Of a stretch of DNA of 64,000 nucleotides, positions 37,256 through 50,014 are shown piece after piece. Made by a program: the position numbers and the translations under genes. Origin of the DNA: Chara braunii (lineage: Eukaryota > Plantae > Charophyceae); the NCBI GenBank assembly GCA_003427395.1, contig BFEA01000046.1, positions 2,421,903 through 2,485,902 of the forward strand, written 5' to 3'. Numbering within the stretch: position 1 is the first letter of the stretch; each line of letters opens with the position of its first letter. Below the pieces are notes generated by a model. The model saw only the letters and a program-made list of their open reading frames with translations. It had not been told where the DNA came from and did not search any database.

Positions 37256-38949
37256 CGTCGCGCATCTGACACAATGCAAGGTATGGCCGACGATCCTTGT
37301 GGAAAGGAAGTTGAGATAGTCCAAAGTCGGGCCAGGGCGCGACTTTCATCTATTGCACGCTTCCGTTCCCCATGGGCCCAAGGCCGCCGATCAGACGATG
37401 GCCTGCGCCGGATGTGCCGCGTGTCGGGCGCCAACAATCTTTACTCGCGGACGAAGATCGCTGGTGAAGATAAACTCACGAGCGATAACGCGCCCACACG
37501 CCATAGCCTCTTCGGTCCGGCTGATACACACCTTGCACGTGATGCGTGGTGGACAATGATGGTGAAACATGCGGTGGAGGCGGTTGACAGCACTGGCGTT
37601 GCGGAGCTGCTCGGCTTGAAGAAACTGCTTGCAGAATGACATTGCTATTTGGCGGTTGATGCCTTTAGGGTCGATTCGGTTGTCCCACATGCCGAAGTCG
37701 AAGCTTGGACATCCGATGCGTGAAATGGGAGCCTCGGTATGCATCGTCGTGAGGGTTACCGCCGACTGGGCCTGCACAGTTCCTCCCCCGCTCAACAAAA
37801 CGGGTCGTGGATCACGTGAATTTGACGTCAGGAAGGCCTCGTGGAATTATACCCTGCGCGTAGTGTCGAATAAGCCTAAAAGGGTGTAATGTTTCCTGCG
37901 TTAGGGCCGTCGCTTTGTTTCGTTACCGTGGGCACCCCTCCGTTGGCGTGTTGTGCTGATGCGGTTGGCCCAAAAGAGCATCGATTCGAGGGATAATTAT
38001 GCACGCTCAGGGTGGGGGGTCCTAAGCACCCAATGCTGATGGGGGTTGGGCCCGACGGCTCTGACGAATTGGCACCCTCCTTACATCCAATCTACGTGAT
38101 GAACGGGCCCTTTACACCACGTGTGGGCGAACGACAAAGGCTCGGTCGTTGGCAACCCCCAAGGCAAGGGCCCAGTCCCACCCGGAGGATTTACGACGAC
38201 GGGCGGGGCTATACAACGAACCCCCCCCCATTCCCCGCACATTTCGCTTTTCTGTTCTCGCTGGGGAGTTGTTGCCGAACGAAACACACACACTCGCGAC
38301 CTTCAACACGAGCGCTCGCAGATCGAGGTGACTAGCGTCATCGCCATCCAAAGCGCCATCGCTATCCCTAGCACCATCGCATTTCACGTTGCCACAGCAG
38401 TTATCCACGGCGACGACGACGAGCGTCCATCAACCACGGTCGACGCTCACTACGGAGGCAGGGCGCGAACGGTATGGACTCGCCTGGAGTCCTCGCTCAT
38501 GCACCCTGCGCAGTATTCGCTCCCTCGCTCCCTCACCGCTTTTCTTTATCTCGTCATCTTAAGGTGTGTATCTCGTCCCTCTCCCCGTAGTTATCCAGCC
38601 CTCTTTCACTTTGTCTATCTCGTAATCCATCCACGTCATCGGTTTAGTGCCCTCGCTCCCAACCATCCGTCGATGTCGTCCGTTCATGCACAGGCATCTC
38701 GCTCGGTTCCTGCGCGATCTTCACGCCTCTCCTATAACATCTTCGCGCGTCTCCTTTCCTATCGTCACACCACTTCCTTCGAGCTCTCGCGATGTGACGG
38801 ACCTGAAGGATCTTGAGGTTTACCATGTGCATTGTTCTCGCAGTTTTTCGGTAAGTTTCTCACGGGGAAGAAAACCTAATCGCCAGTAAGTCATGGACAG
38901 GGGCGGATTCCATTTATCGGTCGTGTCGGCTCATGCGGCACACTGATTC

Positions 38950-39390
38950 AAAGATCTGCATGCATTCGGTGGTTTGTGTTGTGGATCTATGAATGCATGT
39001 GGATCTTTATCTCACGCATGCGGATCCGTGCGTACGGATCTGCGAACTCGTGTGCACCCATCTCTCATGCGTGTGGATCTATCAATGTGTGTGGACCTAT
39101 GGAAATGGATCTAGGAATGTGCGTGGATCTAGCTCTCATGCATGCGGATGTGTGCATGTGGATCTATGAATGTGAGTGCATTCATCTCTCATGCACGTGG
39201 ATCTATGAATACGTGTGGACCTTTGTAATGTGGATCTAGGAATGCGCGTGGATCTACCTCTCATGCATGTCACAGTGAATCCATGAATGTGTCTGGACGT
39301 TTGAATTTGGATCTGGAAATGCGAGTGGATCTATCTGTCGTGCATGTGGATCCAAGATCTTTTGTTTGTGGATCTATGAATGCATGTGAA
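38950..39390. repeat. Degenerate minisatellite built on GTGGATCT/CATG
   Basis: More than 12 copies of (g)tggatct at short irregular spacing, followed by (CAAG)n at 39473-39510. Confidence 0.85.
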
Positions 39391-39472
39391 CCTAATACTG
39401 TCGGTCGGACTCCTGCGATTGATTGAACGATTGACTGATTAGTGTACATAGGTAACATAGCTTACGACCAAC

Positions 39473-39511
<39 letters not shown>

Positions 39512-40246
39512 TCAACTAAGCAGCCAATCGATCACTCAACCAACCGTCCAAGCATGCAACCAATCAAACATCTCATCTGTCAGTCAACAAAGCAAGCGGT
39601 TGATCAATAAACTAAGCGGTCGATCCACCACTTAACCAACCAGCCAAGCATGCAATCAATGAAACATCACATCTGCCAGTCAGCGAATAGTGATATGATT
39701 GGATGTTTGATTGATCGCATGCTTGCCTGATTAGTCGATTGCTCGGTCGGTTGCTTAGATAATCGATTGGTCGGGTGCGAAGTACGAGATCACACACCTG
39801 ATATCACAAATCCAGAACGGCCACAGACAGGGAGGTCCCCCGCCTAAGCCGCCACTACATGTAGGCAAACCTCGATCATCGATGAACTCCATTGTTCATC
39901 AACGAACCGCATGGAAGTTCGCCCGACTGAATGACAAAGTTCGCCTGCATCCAGACTTCGCTAATCATCGCACAAGACAAAGTTCAAAAAGCAGACCACG
40001 GAACGCAGAACACAGGCCTCACGCAACGCAGAACGTGGGCCAAAACTTGAAGTCCGCCGGTATCCGTACTTCACACAATGCCCAAATGCCCCGACAATAA
40101 TTGAAGTCCGCCGGTATCCGAACTTCACATGTTGTGCAAAGGCGAAATTGGTCCAATTTAGTTAACAACGCCGCTTTTGTGATCGCAGCTAGACGTATAA
40201 ATATTCAAGTTCGTCGGGATCCGAACTTCACAGATTGGCCAAAAAC

Positions 40247-40287
40247 CTGGGCTAGCCGAGTGGCCCGAGGTCACTTACCCGAGCAGA

Positions 40288-40319
<32 letters not shown>

Positions 40320-40416
40320 ATTTTTAATTTTATTTTAAAATTGGTAAAGAATTTTGATGTGACCCTGAGGCAAAAGTTGTTCTGTTTATTTTTCTGCATA
40401 ACATAGTTTTTTTTTT

Positions 40417-40495
<79 letters not shown>

Positions 40496-40560
40496 GGACT
40501 CTCCCTAGTCCTTGCATGGGCTGGTCACCCGGGGCCCGGGCGGCCCGCTTGGTAGCCTAG
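40247..40560. mobile_element. hAT-like MITE (~314 bp)
   Basis: 8-bp direct repeat CCAAAAAC at 40239-40246 and 40561-40568, with imperfect TIRs CTGGGCTA.../...TAGCCTAG. The paralogous repeat unit at about 40880-40912 shows the empty site. Confidence 0.7.
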
Positions 40561-41269
40561 CCAAAAACAGCAAATCCTGAAGTCCGGATGCCGGCGGACT
40601 TGAGTGATTCTCTCCTCTCAGACGAGTGTTGGATTCCGCTTGTTAACGGAGCCCGTGAGAACACCCCCCACCCACAACACTCCGAGTTCGGTGGGATCCT
40701 TCGAACACTGTGGGTAGGGTACTTGGGCTTAACCTTGATAACACATCGATTCCAAGTATTGCAGAACATGGGGTAAAACGTTAAGTCCGCCGGCATCCGA
40801 ACTTCACATGTTGTCCAAATGGGTCGCGTAAAGCAGTTTGAAGATGACATGTGAACCCTTGAAGTTCGCCGACATCCAAACTTCACAGATTGCCCAGAAA
40901 TATCAAATCCCAAAGTCCACATACCAGCGAACTTGAGCGATTCGCTCCTTCCGCAGGAGTATTGATGTCCGCATGTTAGCGAAGCCCACCATTACAACCC
41001 TTCCATCATCACTTGTACTTCACAGGGATCCACCCTTCGACCACTTTGGGGATGTTTCAGACCCCGCTGTGGGGATGTTTCAGACCCCGCTAAGCAGCCG
41101 TCTGGTCCTACCATTACAACCCTTCACTCAGCAAGACGGTCTTCGATGAAAATGATAGGACCAGACGGCTGCTTAGCGGGGTCTGAAACATCCGTCGATT
41201 GGTGCTGTGGGGATGTTTCAGACCCCGCTAAGCAGCCGTCTGGTCCTATCATTTTCATCGAAGACCACC

Positions 41270-41886
41270 ACCAGCGTAGAGTGCTTGGGGCCGTTGTCGA
41301 GTGGGAGGATGTGAAGGAGGGTTATCGCCATTTCAAGATGAACACCGTTTACGGTTCAAAGGGCAACGTCATTGCTAATTCGAAAGGGAATGGGGCCATG
41401 ACATGATTTGGAACCCTAAAGGGCAAGTCGATCATGACCCTCATTGACGGTGAAGGGGGATGGTCGTCATACGCACGCCAGTCCAAGTCCAGGTACCTTG
41501 AACTCGCGAGGATTTCGGTGGTCGACAAAGTGAGGGCTGAGAATCCAGAGCTTCCACACACCGACCAGTCCATCGGTTCCACTGTTGATCGTCTTTTTCA
41601 CAACAGTCAGTGGTTAGACGAATTTTACGACCTCGACACGAGCCCTTCGAAGGGAAGGGTAAACTGGAAGATACCCCCTTCGACTGGGCCACTGGGGTGT
41701 TCGGCAGGGGGCCCTTCGGGGGGTGGAGGGGACAGGGGAGGTGATGAGGGGACTGGCAAAGGCGTCCCCCCTAGTGGACAGAATGGGCCTCACGACGAAG
41801 TGATGACAACGGAAGGCGGTGGTGGGGTGGGGAGGGCTCCCTCGCTCGACATGCAGCTGCAAGCTCCGGTCCAGAACATACGGTGA
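41270..41886 (+). pseudogene. Fragment of a diverged paralogue of the C-terminal domain at 47.5-47.9 kb
   Basis: DRLFHNSQWLDEFYDLDTSPSKGRVNWKI aligns with DTLFEFLQSNKWLEVSSAFYSLLSSPSLNEVSWEL. Both are followed by Gly-rich tails. Confidence 0.6.
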
Positions 41887-42559
41887 AGCCCGCCGACATC
41901 CCGACTTTGTCGTGAGAGCCATCGGCCCCCCGCTCAGCAGCAGAGAGGCTGGCCGCCTTAATTGGTGTTGGCATCGACTCACAAGTAGGGATTTCAATCA
42001 CCGATGGAAAATCCAAGTTCGCTGAGATCCGAACTACACCGGTTGAGGTGCTAGGGCGGAAATCTGTCGTGCAGAGCGGGTCGAGGGTGGGAGTCCCCAG
42101 CCAGGATGCCGCTCCGAATTGTGCCGAAATCCGCACTTCACTTGGGGACGGTCTTCCGTCTAGCGGTGGTGATGCGCGGGACCGAACTGCGTCGACTTAG
42201 GGGGAGGGGCGGTCTACAACGTAAACGGAAGAGTGTGCAAGTGGACCGCGCACTGGCCTGAGAACGCCGAAGTCTGTCGGGACCCGAACTCCATCAAAAG
42301 GGGGTCCTCGCAAGTTGAAGTGCGGGTTCCACTGAAAATATGCAACATTCGAAGTTTTTGTGTAATATGACGGGTATTGTTGCGGAAAAGGATGTATGTC
42401 AAAATTAAGTGTAAATGAAAACGTTTCTTGTCTAAATAATAGTCATCCACACCCAACACATGTCTAACTATCCATATTGTCGATAAACATATTTCAATTT
42501 TACTTTGACTAGTATTCTAACTGTTATAGTACTTAAAGATGATGGCACAAAAAATAAAA

Positions 42560-43420
42560 CTTTATATATCGAACAAGGATACAATGACACATTGCTCATC
42601 ACAATTATCAACCAGTCTAGATCTCAGCACACATCCAAACAATTGTCACGGGCGAGAGGATGAACTTGTCTGTCATTACAACTCTAAACAAGTCTGAATC
42701 TCATCAAACATCCACATAACCATATCAACCGAGAGGATGAGCATGTCTGTGCTACTTAGGAATAACCTAAATAAACATATCCAACAAGGATACAATTATG
42801 ACACCTGGTTAATCACAATTGTGCGCAAGTATGGATCTCGGCACACTTCCGCATCTCGGGCGAGAGAATGGGCGTTACTATCATTAAACTTTTAAAGAAG
42901 TCCGGATCTCATCAAACATTCAAACAACCGTCTCCGCCAAGAGGATGGGTATGCCTATCCAACTTAGGAATATTAACCTAAAGAAATGAAATATCGAACA
43001 AGTTCACAATGATGACACATTTTCATCACAATTATACACAAGTATGGATCTCAACACACTTCCGCATCTCGGGCGAGGGGATGCGCGTGCCTATGATTAC
43101 ACTTCTAAACAACTCCGGATCTCATCAAACATCCAAACAAATGTCTCGGATGACAGGATGAACATGTTTGTGCTACGTAGGAAAAAATATATCCAACAAG
43201 CCTCATGATAGAATCATGACACCTGACTTATCACTATTATAAACAAGTATGGATCTCAACACACTTCCACATCTCAGGCGAGTAGATGGGCGTGTTACAA
43301 TTACACTTCTAAATAAGTCTGAATCTCATCAAACGTCCAAAAAATTATCTCGAGGGAAAGGATGGGCAAGCCTATGTTGCTTATGCCGCAACCAAAAGTG
43401 AATTCGTTAAAAAGAGGACA
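42560..43420. repeat. ~210-bp tandem repeat x4
   Basis: AACAAG..ACAAT..GACAC marker at about 42572, 42783, 42997 and 43195. Confidence 0.9.
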
Positions 43421-43466
43421 CAATATAATGTCCTATTTTAACGAATAACATGTTGCATCTCGCAGG

Positions 43467-46400
43467 ATCCATCGCCGGCTGGGTTGACGATAACGATGAT
43501 ATTATCAAGTTTTACTTGCGTAAGTTGTACCGCAGTGATGGAACGGTCGACAAAAATGCCAAAGGTTGCAAGGTTTCTGGGAAGAGGTTCGGAGGGTACG
43601 GCGAGAGAGCGTCGGCGTTACCATTCTTCGTCCCGATGACGCCTGTTCAAGACGTCGTCGTCCACTTGAGAGACTTCCTCGAGGTCTGGTCGGCTACAGT
43701 CCATCCTAGCCATGGCATAGACCTGGCCCCGGGGACATCACTAAGTGGTCCTGTTACGTTCGCGGGAGGAGACCTTCCTCAACAACGTGCGGGAGGCGAG
43801 AGGGGACAACCTAGTACGCCTCCTGACCCAGAAATGCGAATGTCGGACGACTCGGAGGACGAGCGTACCCGAGCGCCTCTAAAAGTCGGCGTGCAGGAAC
43901 CACGCCACCAAGGTTTGCTTGGAGAGTCGCCGATTGCGACGTCACTTGGAGGACGCGTCCGCAAACGGTTGGAAAAGGCCTCGGGAAAGACGTCTCCCCG
44001 TCTCCTCGCTGAAAAAATCGGTGAATTGATCTGTGCCGTGAAAGAGAGACAAATGGTTGCGTCGTCGTCGGGCGAACAACCCGGTAGCTACGCAGTCCGA
44101 GAGGTGCGTGGGACGGAGGAGACGAATCGATCGGCCCGCCCTACTCCACTCCTGCTGAAGAAGGAGGCGAACCCTCAATGGGACGCAGGTGGGAACGTCA
44201 CTGATGATGAGGAGCCTGTCGAGTTGGGGGGGCATCAGAGTACGCCTGGAAAGTCTCTGCCGGGAGGTAAGCACAACTTACCGCTCGCCAAGGAGGGGGA
44301 GGGTGTCATAATGCAGAAAAAACAAAGAACGGAAGGGGGAGGGAGTCGAGCGTCAAAGACACAAGAGCGGGGTTCGGTTGACAAGAGGAAAAGGGGAGTG
44401 GGGGGGGAAACGTCGAAGGAGTCGACCAGACGGCGAAATACTGGTGATTCTTCTGGGAAGAGGTCGAAGTCCTCCAAGGGAAAGAAAACAGACGAGGGTC
44501 AGAGTGGGGGTAGGGACTCCGATGTGGAATTGAACATAAATACTTTTGACCTCGACAAAGCGTTCTTCCTGGAGATGAAAACGGGGGTGCAGAAGGACGT
44601 CGTTTTGTATATCCATCTCAAGAGAATCTTGCCTATTCCAGACTGGGAAGGCGCGTACAACCACCGATCCTTGGATGATTTCCTCGTGGATAGCATCGCG
44701 GAGGCAATGATCGACTGTTTCAACCGTCGTGATAGAAAATATACAAAGCCGACTTTCGTTCTAGCTCCGCTCGTCTCACCTCCAAAGAAGAGCAAACCCG
44801 TTGTGCGCGTGCTGCCTGAAGACTTTAATGCCACAACGCCCGAGAAGTACTGGTATTATCCTGTGAGTGGGCAGCATAAAGCGAGGGCAGCGATGCAAGT
44901 GAAGGACCATCCGGTGTTCAATTTACTACACCTTCTGGAGTTGGCCTTTCAGACCAATATACTTCCCTGACGACGAGTTCGACGATTATGCCCAGGTCAG
45001 CGTCGAAGACAACTTGAAAGGCAAGAAGAACCCACCTAGGTTGCAGATTTTGGCCATGAGGGACATTCGCAGTATCTGGAAAAATCGGGGGAGACCGCGT
45101 GTCGTCCTCGGTAATGTGGCGAAGAAAGGGGAGGAAGTGAGTCGTTGAACTAAGTTCATGGGCTTGGCGTTAGAGAAGACACCGTACATCAACTTATGGG
45201 GATGTCAGCGGAAGAAAAGAAGAAAAAGGAGTGGGCCGAGAAACTTCCGTACTACCTCCCGCTGGCCATGGCCGACGAATCGGTCTTCCAATTGGGGGAG
45301 AGGTTTTACGATGAATGGTCGAAAAGGAAACTTCTGGTTTCCGACGGCCAGCATTGGACTGAAAAGCCACCGACCAATGAGGCCATGGCTAAGGAGGGGT
45401 TGGCAGTTGTGGAGGATAACCAAGGACAGAAAAAACACTGCTGGTTTATGAAGGTGGAGGACCCGTCGTTGAGAAGGGGCAAGGGCAAGCCCAAGAAAGG
45501 CGTAGAGGATAAAACTTTCTACGTCCATGTTCCCGAGACTAATGTCCACTGCTGGAAGGAAATGGCAGACTTGACGGAGAGCGAGAAGATAAGGTTGTTG
45601 AAAGGTGTCTTGAACCTTGACGTCGTGTGGGTTCAAGGGAGTAACAAAAAGTTGGCCGAGCAGGGGAAATTCAGTGTCAAGGAGATGGTTGACATAATAA
45701 AGATCGACTGGATTATGCTCAGGCTGTCGCACTACGTGGAGTTCGAGTATGAGGGCAGTGAAATGTCAGATCTTCATTCTTCAGGTCGAAGCGGAAAGTG
45801 TTTGAAGAGTACGCGGACAGAGGTCTGGACGAAAAGTTTTGGAACAAGAGCAGGAAGTATTTCACTAACAACTCCTATGTCAACACGTGCCCTGAATATC
45901 TCGGGTGCTCCCATGACAACAACTTGAAAAGGACCCTGACCCTCGTGAACGACGAACATTTACCGGTGGAGTGGAAACGTGTGGTCCTTTCGGTGATCAT
46001 TGGAGAGCGTGCACAAAGCAAACAAAGTCCTCAAGCCATTGGTGACCGCATAAACATTCTGTGGAGGAGGACAAACGCCGTGACGTCGCTAGCCCCGTTT
46101 GTCGTCGACCCGTTAGCTGGCTTGGACGAGAAGGATGAACTAAGGAAACTGGCGAATCAGTTACCCTCCCACACTTGCGTCCTCGACTTGTGCGGTCCTC
46201 TGGATCGGGCACAATGGGATGTGGCAGCATTTGCATCTCTGAGGGAGTTTCTGACCTTCCTTTGCCCGGACTACAAGACATCGGTGGTGTCCGTCCCATG
46301 CCTGTGAACCTTTCCTTCATGACTTCTTTGTCTGCGCTCGGGGCCACCCGATGCTACACGGGGAAGTGGGTGCAAAAAACGCAAGTGAAGAAAACCCATT

Positions 46401-47959
46401 AGTTTGGTAACAGCGTGTGGGAGGAGCCTGATGTCATGCATATCCTTTTTAAAGGCGGATCCGCTGCAACTAACTCACCCTGTGTATGAAGGACCTGTTG
46501 CCGAAGACGATGTCGCTGCTCTGCGAAGGAGACAGAAAGTGACTCCTTCGGATGTTGTGGAGGTGCGGTTTAAGTCTTTGAGTTTCGTAGACGTTGACAT
46601 TCTCAACCAGAGGGGGAGTGTGTATAAAGAACGAGAGAGGAATGCTAATCAGTTATGCAGCCAGCTGCATTTCTTCTATGGTGTCACAGATGCCGTGCTG
46701 TTTCTGGGCAAGCCACACGCGCAGGTGGTGTGGAATCTGCTTCAGACCGGAAGGCACGTCTTGGCGGTGAAGGGGGACTCGGCGCAACTTGAATACATTG
46801 TGAAGTATGTCGCCCACGAAGTCGAGTCCGGAGCTTAGGAATGCAACTTCCACCATCTAACGATCTATACCGAATATGACCCGAATAAGGACATGTTCTT
46901 CAAGTTATCTCTGGAGAAAAGGCGCCAAGGCTACTCCTTTCTTTTCGGCAAACAACCCAAGTGGAGAGTGGATGAGGATTACTTGATGCGAAAGAAAGTC
47001 ACCATTGCTGTCCTCCAGGGCTACCACGGGGCGAGTTGGGATAGCGCAATGGATTTCATGAAGAGGTTGGAATACGTCTTCTTCAATGAAAATTTGCACG
47101 ATCCGGGCGACTTCACTTTAGACAAGTACAGGTTGGCATTTGGCAAGGACGATGACTTCAATGTTAACACTGAACAGGAGGAGAGCATCGAGGACAACCT
47201 CTCCGATTTCGACGGCCATTTAGCCATCTTTGGCGCCCAAGTCCTTTCAGAGTCGCCCTCGGTATGCAAACCGGGGACATCGGTCGCTACACCCACCTCA
47301 GGTGGTCCAACACCCTTATCGTCCTCAGCGCCAGTCAAGAGGGGTGGGTTGTCTCGTCTGAAGAGTTCGCTAGGGGAGTCGCTACGTCTCACACCACACC
47401 CCAAACGTCCAAAACCCGGCCATGCAGTTCCTCATGACCATCCGCATCTATCGGACCCTTCGAGGCCGTACCACATGGGCGACAAACATACCTTCTCCCC
47501 AACCGAAGATTGGGGCCATGATATCGTGTGGCACCCTGATCATTTCCTGCCAATCCTTCTTGACGGTGATTGGGCAGTGGCTGTTAGGGACATTAAAGAC
47601 AGGTGAGAATACGACGATCGTTGGGACCTTAATACTTTCAATGCTCAAGCTTACGGGCGGTATTGGAGAAATTGGTTGAGGTTAATCGACGACACAAGGA
47701 CAACCCTACTCTCCGGACATACGCGGACACGTTGTTTGAATTTTTACAGTCAAATAAATGGTTGGAAGTATCCTCAGCGTTTTACAGCCTTCTGTCGAGC
47801 CCCTCATTGAACGAAGTAAGTTGGGAGCTGCTAGCGATTACGCCGAGGACTGAAGCTGTGAAGCACAAGTCTTGGGGTGGGGACAACGAAGGGGATGTTG
47901 GGGGCGGCGGTCACCCCGGATCCGGGGGAGGAAGTCTAGATCGCTCGTCGAAACGATGA
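43467..47959 (+). pseudogene. Large frameshifted gene: ParB/Srx/DndB-like domain plus degenerate beta-class DNA amino-methyltransferase-like domain
   Basis: ParB-like: YNHRSLDDFLVDSIA..KPTFVL..YYPVSGQHKARAA..PIYF..QVSVEDNLK (about 44600-45060). MTase-like fold: TCVLDLCG..FLTFLCP..GKWVQK..EPDVMHILFKG..ERNANQL..TDAVLFLG..TGRHVLAVKGDSAQLEYI (about 46160-46830). Begins after a CTCGCAG acceptor-like site (43460-43466). By-eye match only. Confidence 0.55.
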
Positions 47960-50014
47960 TCTTCGGAGCCCCAAGACGGTGGAGAGGAAAAAGATGGGCA
48001 GTGGAGAGGGAAGAAAGCATCACAGTGGGACGAAGACCTGTGGAGAGAAAGGCCCCTTGGAGGGGCATGGGGTCACCATGAGGACGGTGCGGCTTTGGCT
48101 GTAACATGCAAAACTTCAATAGAGACGGAAAAAGACTTCACACCTGGACGGATTCCGCGGCAGGGCGAGCAGGATTCGATAATTAGCTCCACCAGTGCGA
48201 CACATATTATCGTCCTGGTTGCCGGGATAGTTGTTGTCGCAGATGTCGGTTGTCCTCTTGATGTCAAAGTGCATGGACAGGGACATCTCGGATCCATCCG
48301 AACCTCAGACTGTGTACCCACGGATGCCGAACGGTGTAAGCATACCGAGATCATCTGCATTCAAGTTGAACGGGAACTGTTGAAAGAGCGTCTGTCTTTT
48401 TAAGTTGGCGTTCAAAACGATGGCAAGGATTCCCGTGAGAGTGAGTTAGCGCCCAGTTCCAATGTCGAAACCCGCACACCAGCATCGGGCTGTTCTGCCA
48501 CGATATGCACTTCGGCGGCTGTAATGAGCGAGTCTGCGGTCGAAGCGGACATGTTCGTGCCACTGAACTCCGTCAGGACTCAGATGAATCAGAATCCGAG
48601 CGACGTGAGCATGTGCATCGATACTAGTGCTTTGGAGTCCACCGGAAATCGGATGCATTCAAAGCTGATAGACGCTAGGCTTGCAGTCGTCGACGTCGAT
48701 GGTAGTGGACATATCACTCTGTTGGACAAACTGGATATGTCCTCGCCATTGCACTCCGCCGGGACTCAGATTAATCCGAATCCGAGTGACGTGAGCATGT
48801 TCCTCGATACTTGTGGAGATGATATGCAGGCCGTCGGGCTGGACGAGGGAGTCGTTCCAGGTTCCAAGGACCCCTTGTACGCCGGCTTTCATGACGACGC
48901 TATAGGAGATGATATTCTGAAGAAGCCCTCGAAGGCTGTGAAAAATGGTTTGTTATATGGAAGTGAGGACGACAAAGACACTGCACACGGGGACAAGAAG
49001 TTGAGGGAGGGAGATGTCCTGTCGGACATCCATGGGACCTTGACCCCAACACAGCACGACACTGGGGCTATGGAGAAAACAAAACTTGTTAATATTGTGG
49101 ACCTCGACTCTTTTAGTCCCGAGAAAAGCGGAATAAAATCGTTCATGGCGGGCGTGGAGAATTTGCGACATTGGGAAGAAGTTTTGCCGCCTCAGATCAT
49201 CGATGCCAACATGAAACACCTTTCTAGTTTTTCCGGTGGTTTAAAGCACGTCGTCGCGGCCTCGACGCGCAAAGGGTCGCCACTCGTGGTGGCACTACCA
49301 TCACCCGACTGAGGTCACGTGGAGGCTAAGCCTGGTAAGCAATGAATTTTTCTGCTTACTTCCAGTTTGTCGATTCGTTGGTGAGGTCGTGTTTGCTTCA
49401 TTCGTCTTGGGAAGTCGTGTTGTTAGCCGACAACACAACGTTGTCGGTGGATGTCTTAACCGAGGCTTATTGTAATCAAACATGTTGTGCTATTTCTTGT
49501 ACACGTCGAAAATTTATGGAGAAACGCACATATCGCAGGAGCCGGCTGCGCTCGCGAAGGTATTAGTCTTGCTTGCCGAAGGCACTGGACGTAGCAGTGT
49601 CATTGATTCTTTTTATGGGAACAGGAAGCCTCGGGGGTCTCCCAAACGGGTGGCTGTGCCCATACTAAGCCCACGTGCGAAACTCGTTTTAGAGGCAGCG
49701 GGTGTTAGCGAGAAGGACTGTCGAATAATCCTTCTTGAAGCTTGCAAGGATTCAAAGAAGGACAGTACTAGTTCGGAATCAACTGTGTATAGAAGGTCCA
49801 GAAGTAGGGGTGACGTTATGCGTGAAATTTTCGGTCCGCAGAGTGGCAATCCGTCAGACCCTGGCCGCTTGGACGACATTTTCTCATAGTCCTACGTCCT
49901 TTGTGCTTGTTGTGTGCTGCGGGTGTTTGTTGAACAGGGTTTCCTCGAGATGGAAGAGCAGTCCTCGAAGACGTAGTCCGCTCTCGACTGCCGCTCACTT
50001 TCATCGCCGCGCAT

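Noticed and set aside
46160-46830. Active DNA methyltransferase call
   Set aside because: Neither the (D/N/S)PP(Y/F) nor the FxGxG motif is intact and the frame has stops. Only fold-level resemblance is claimed.
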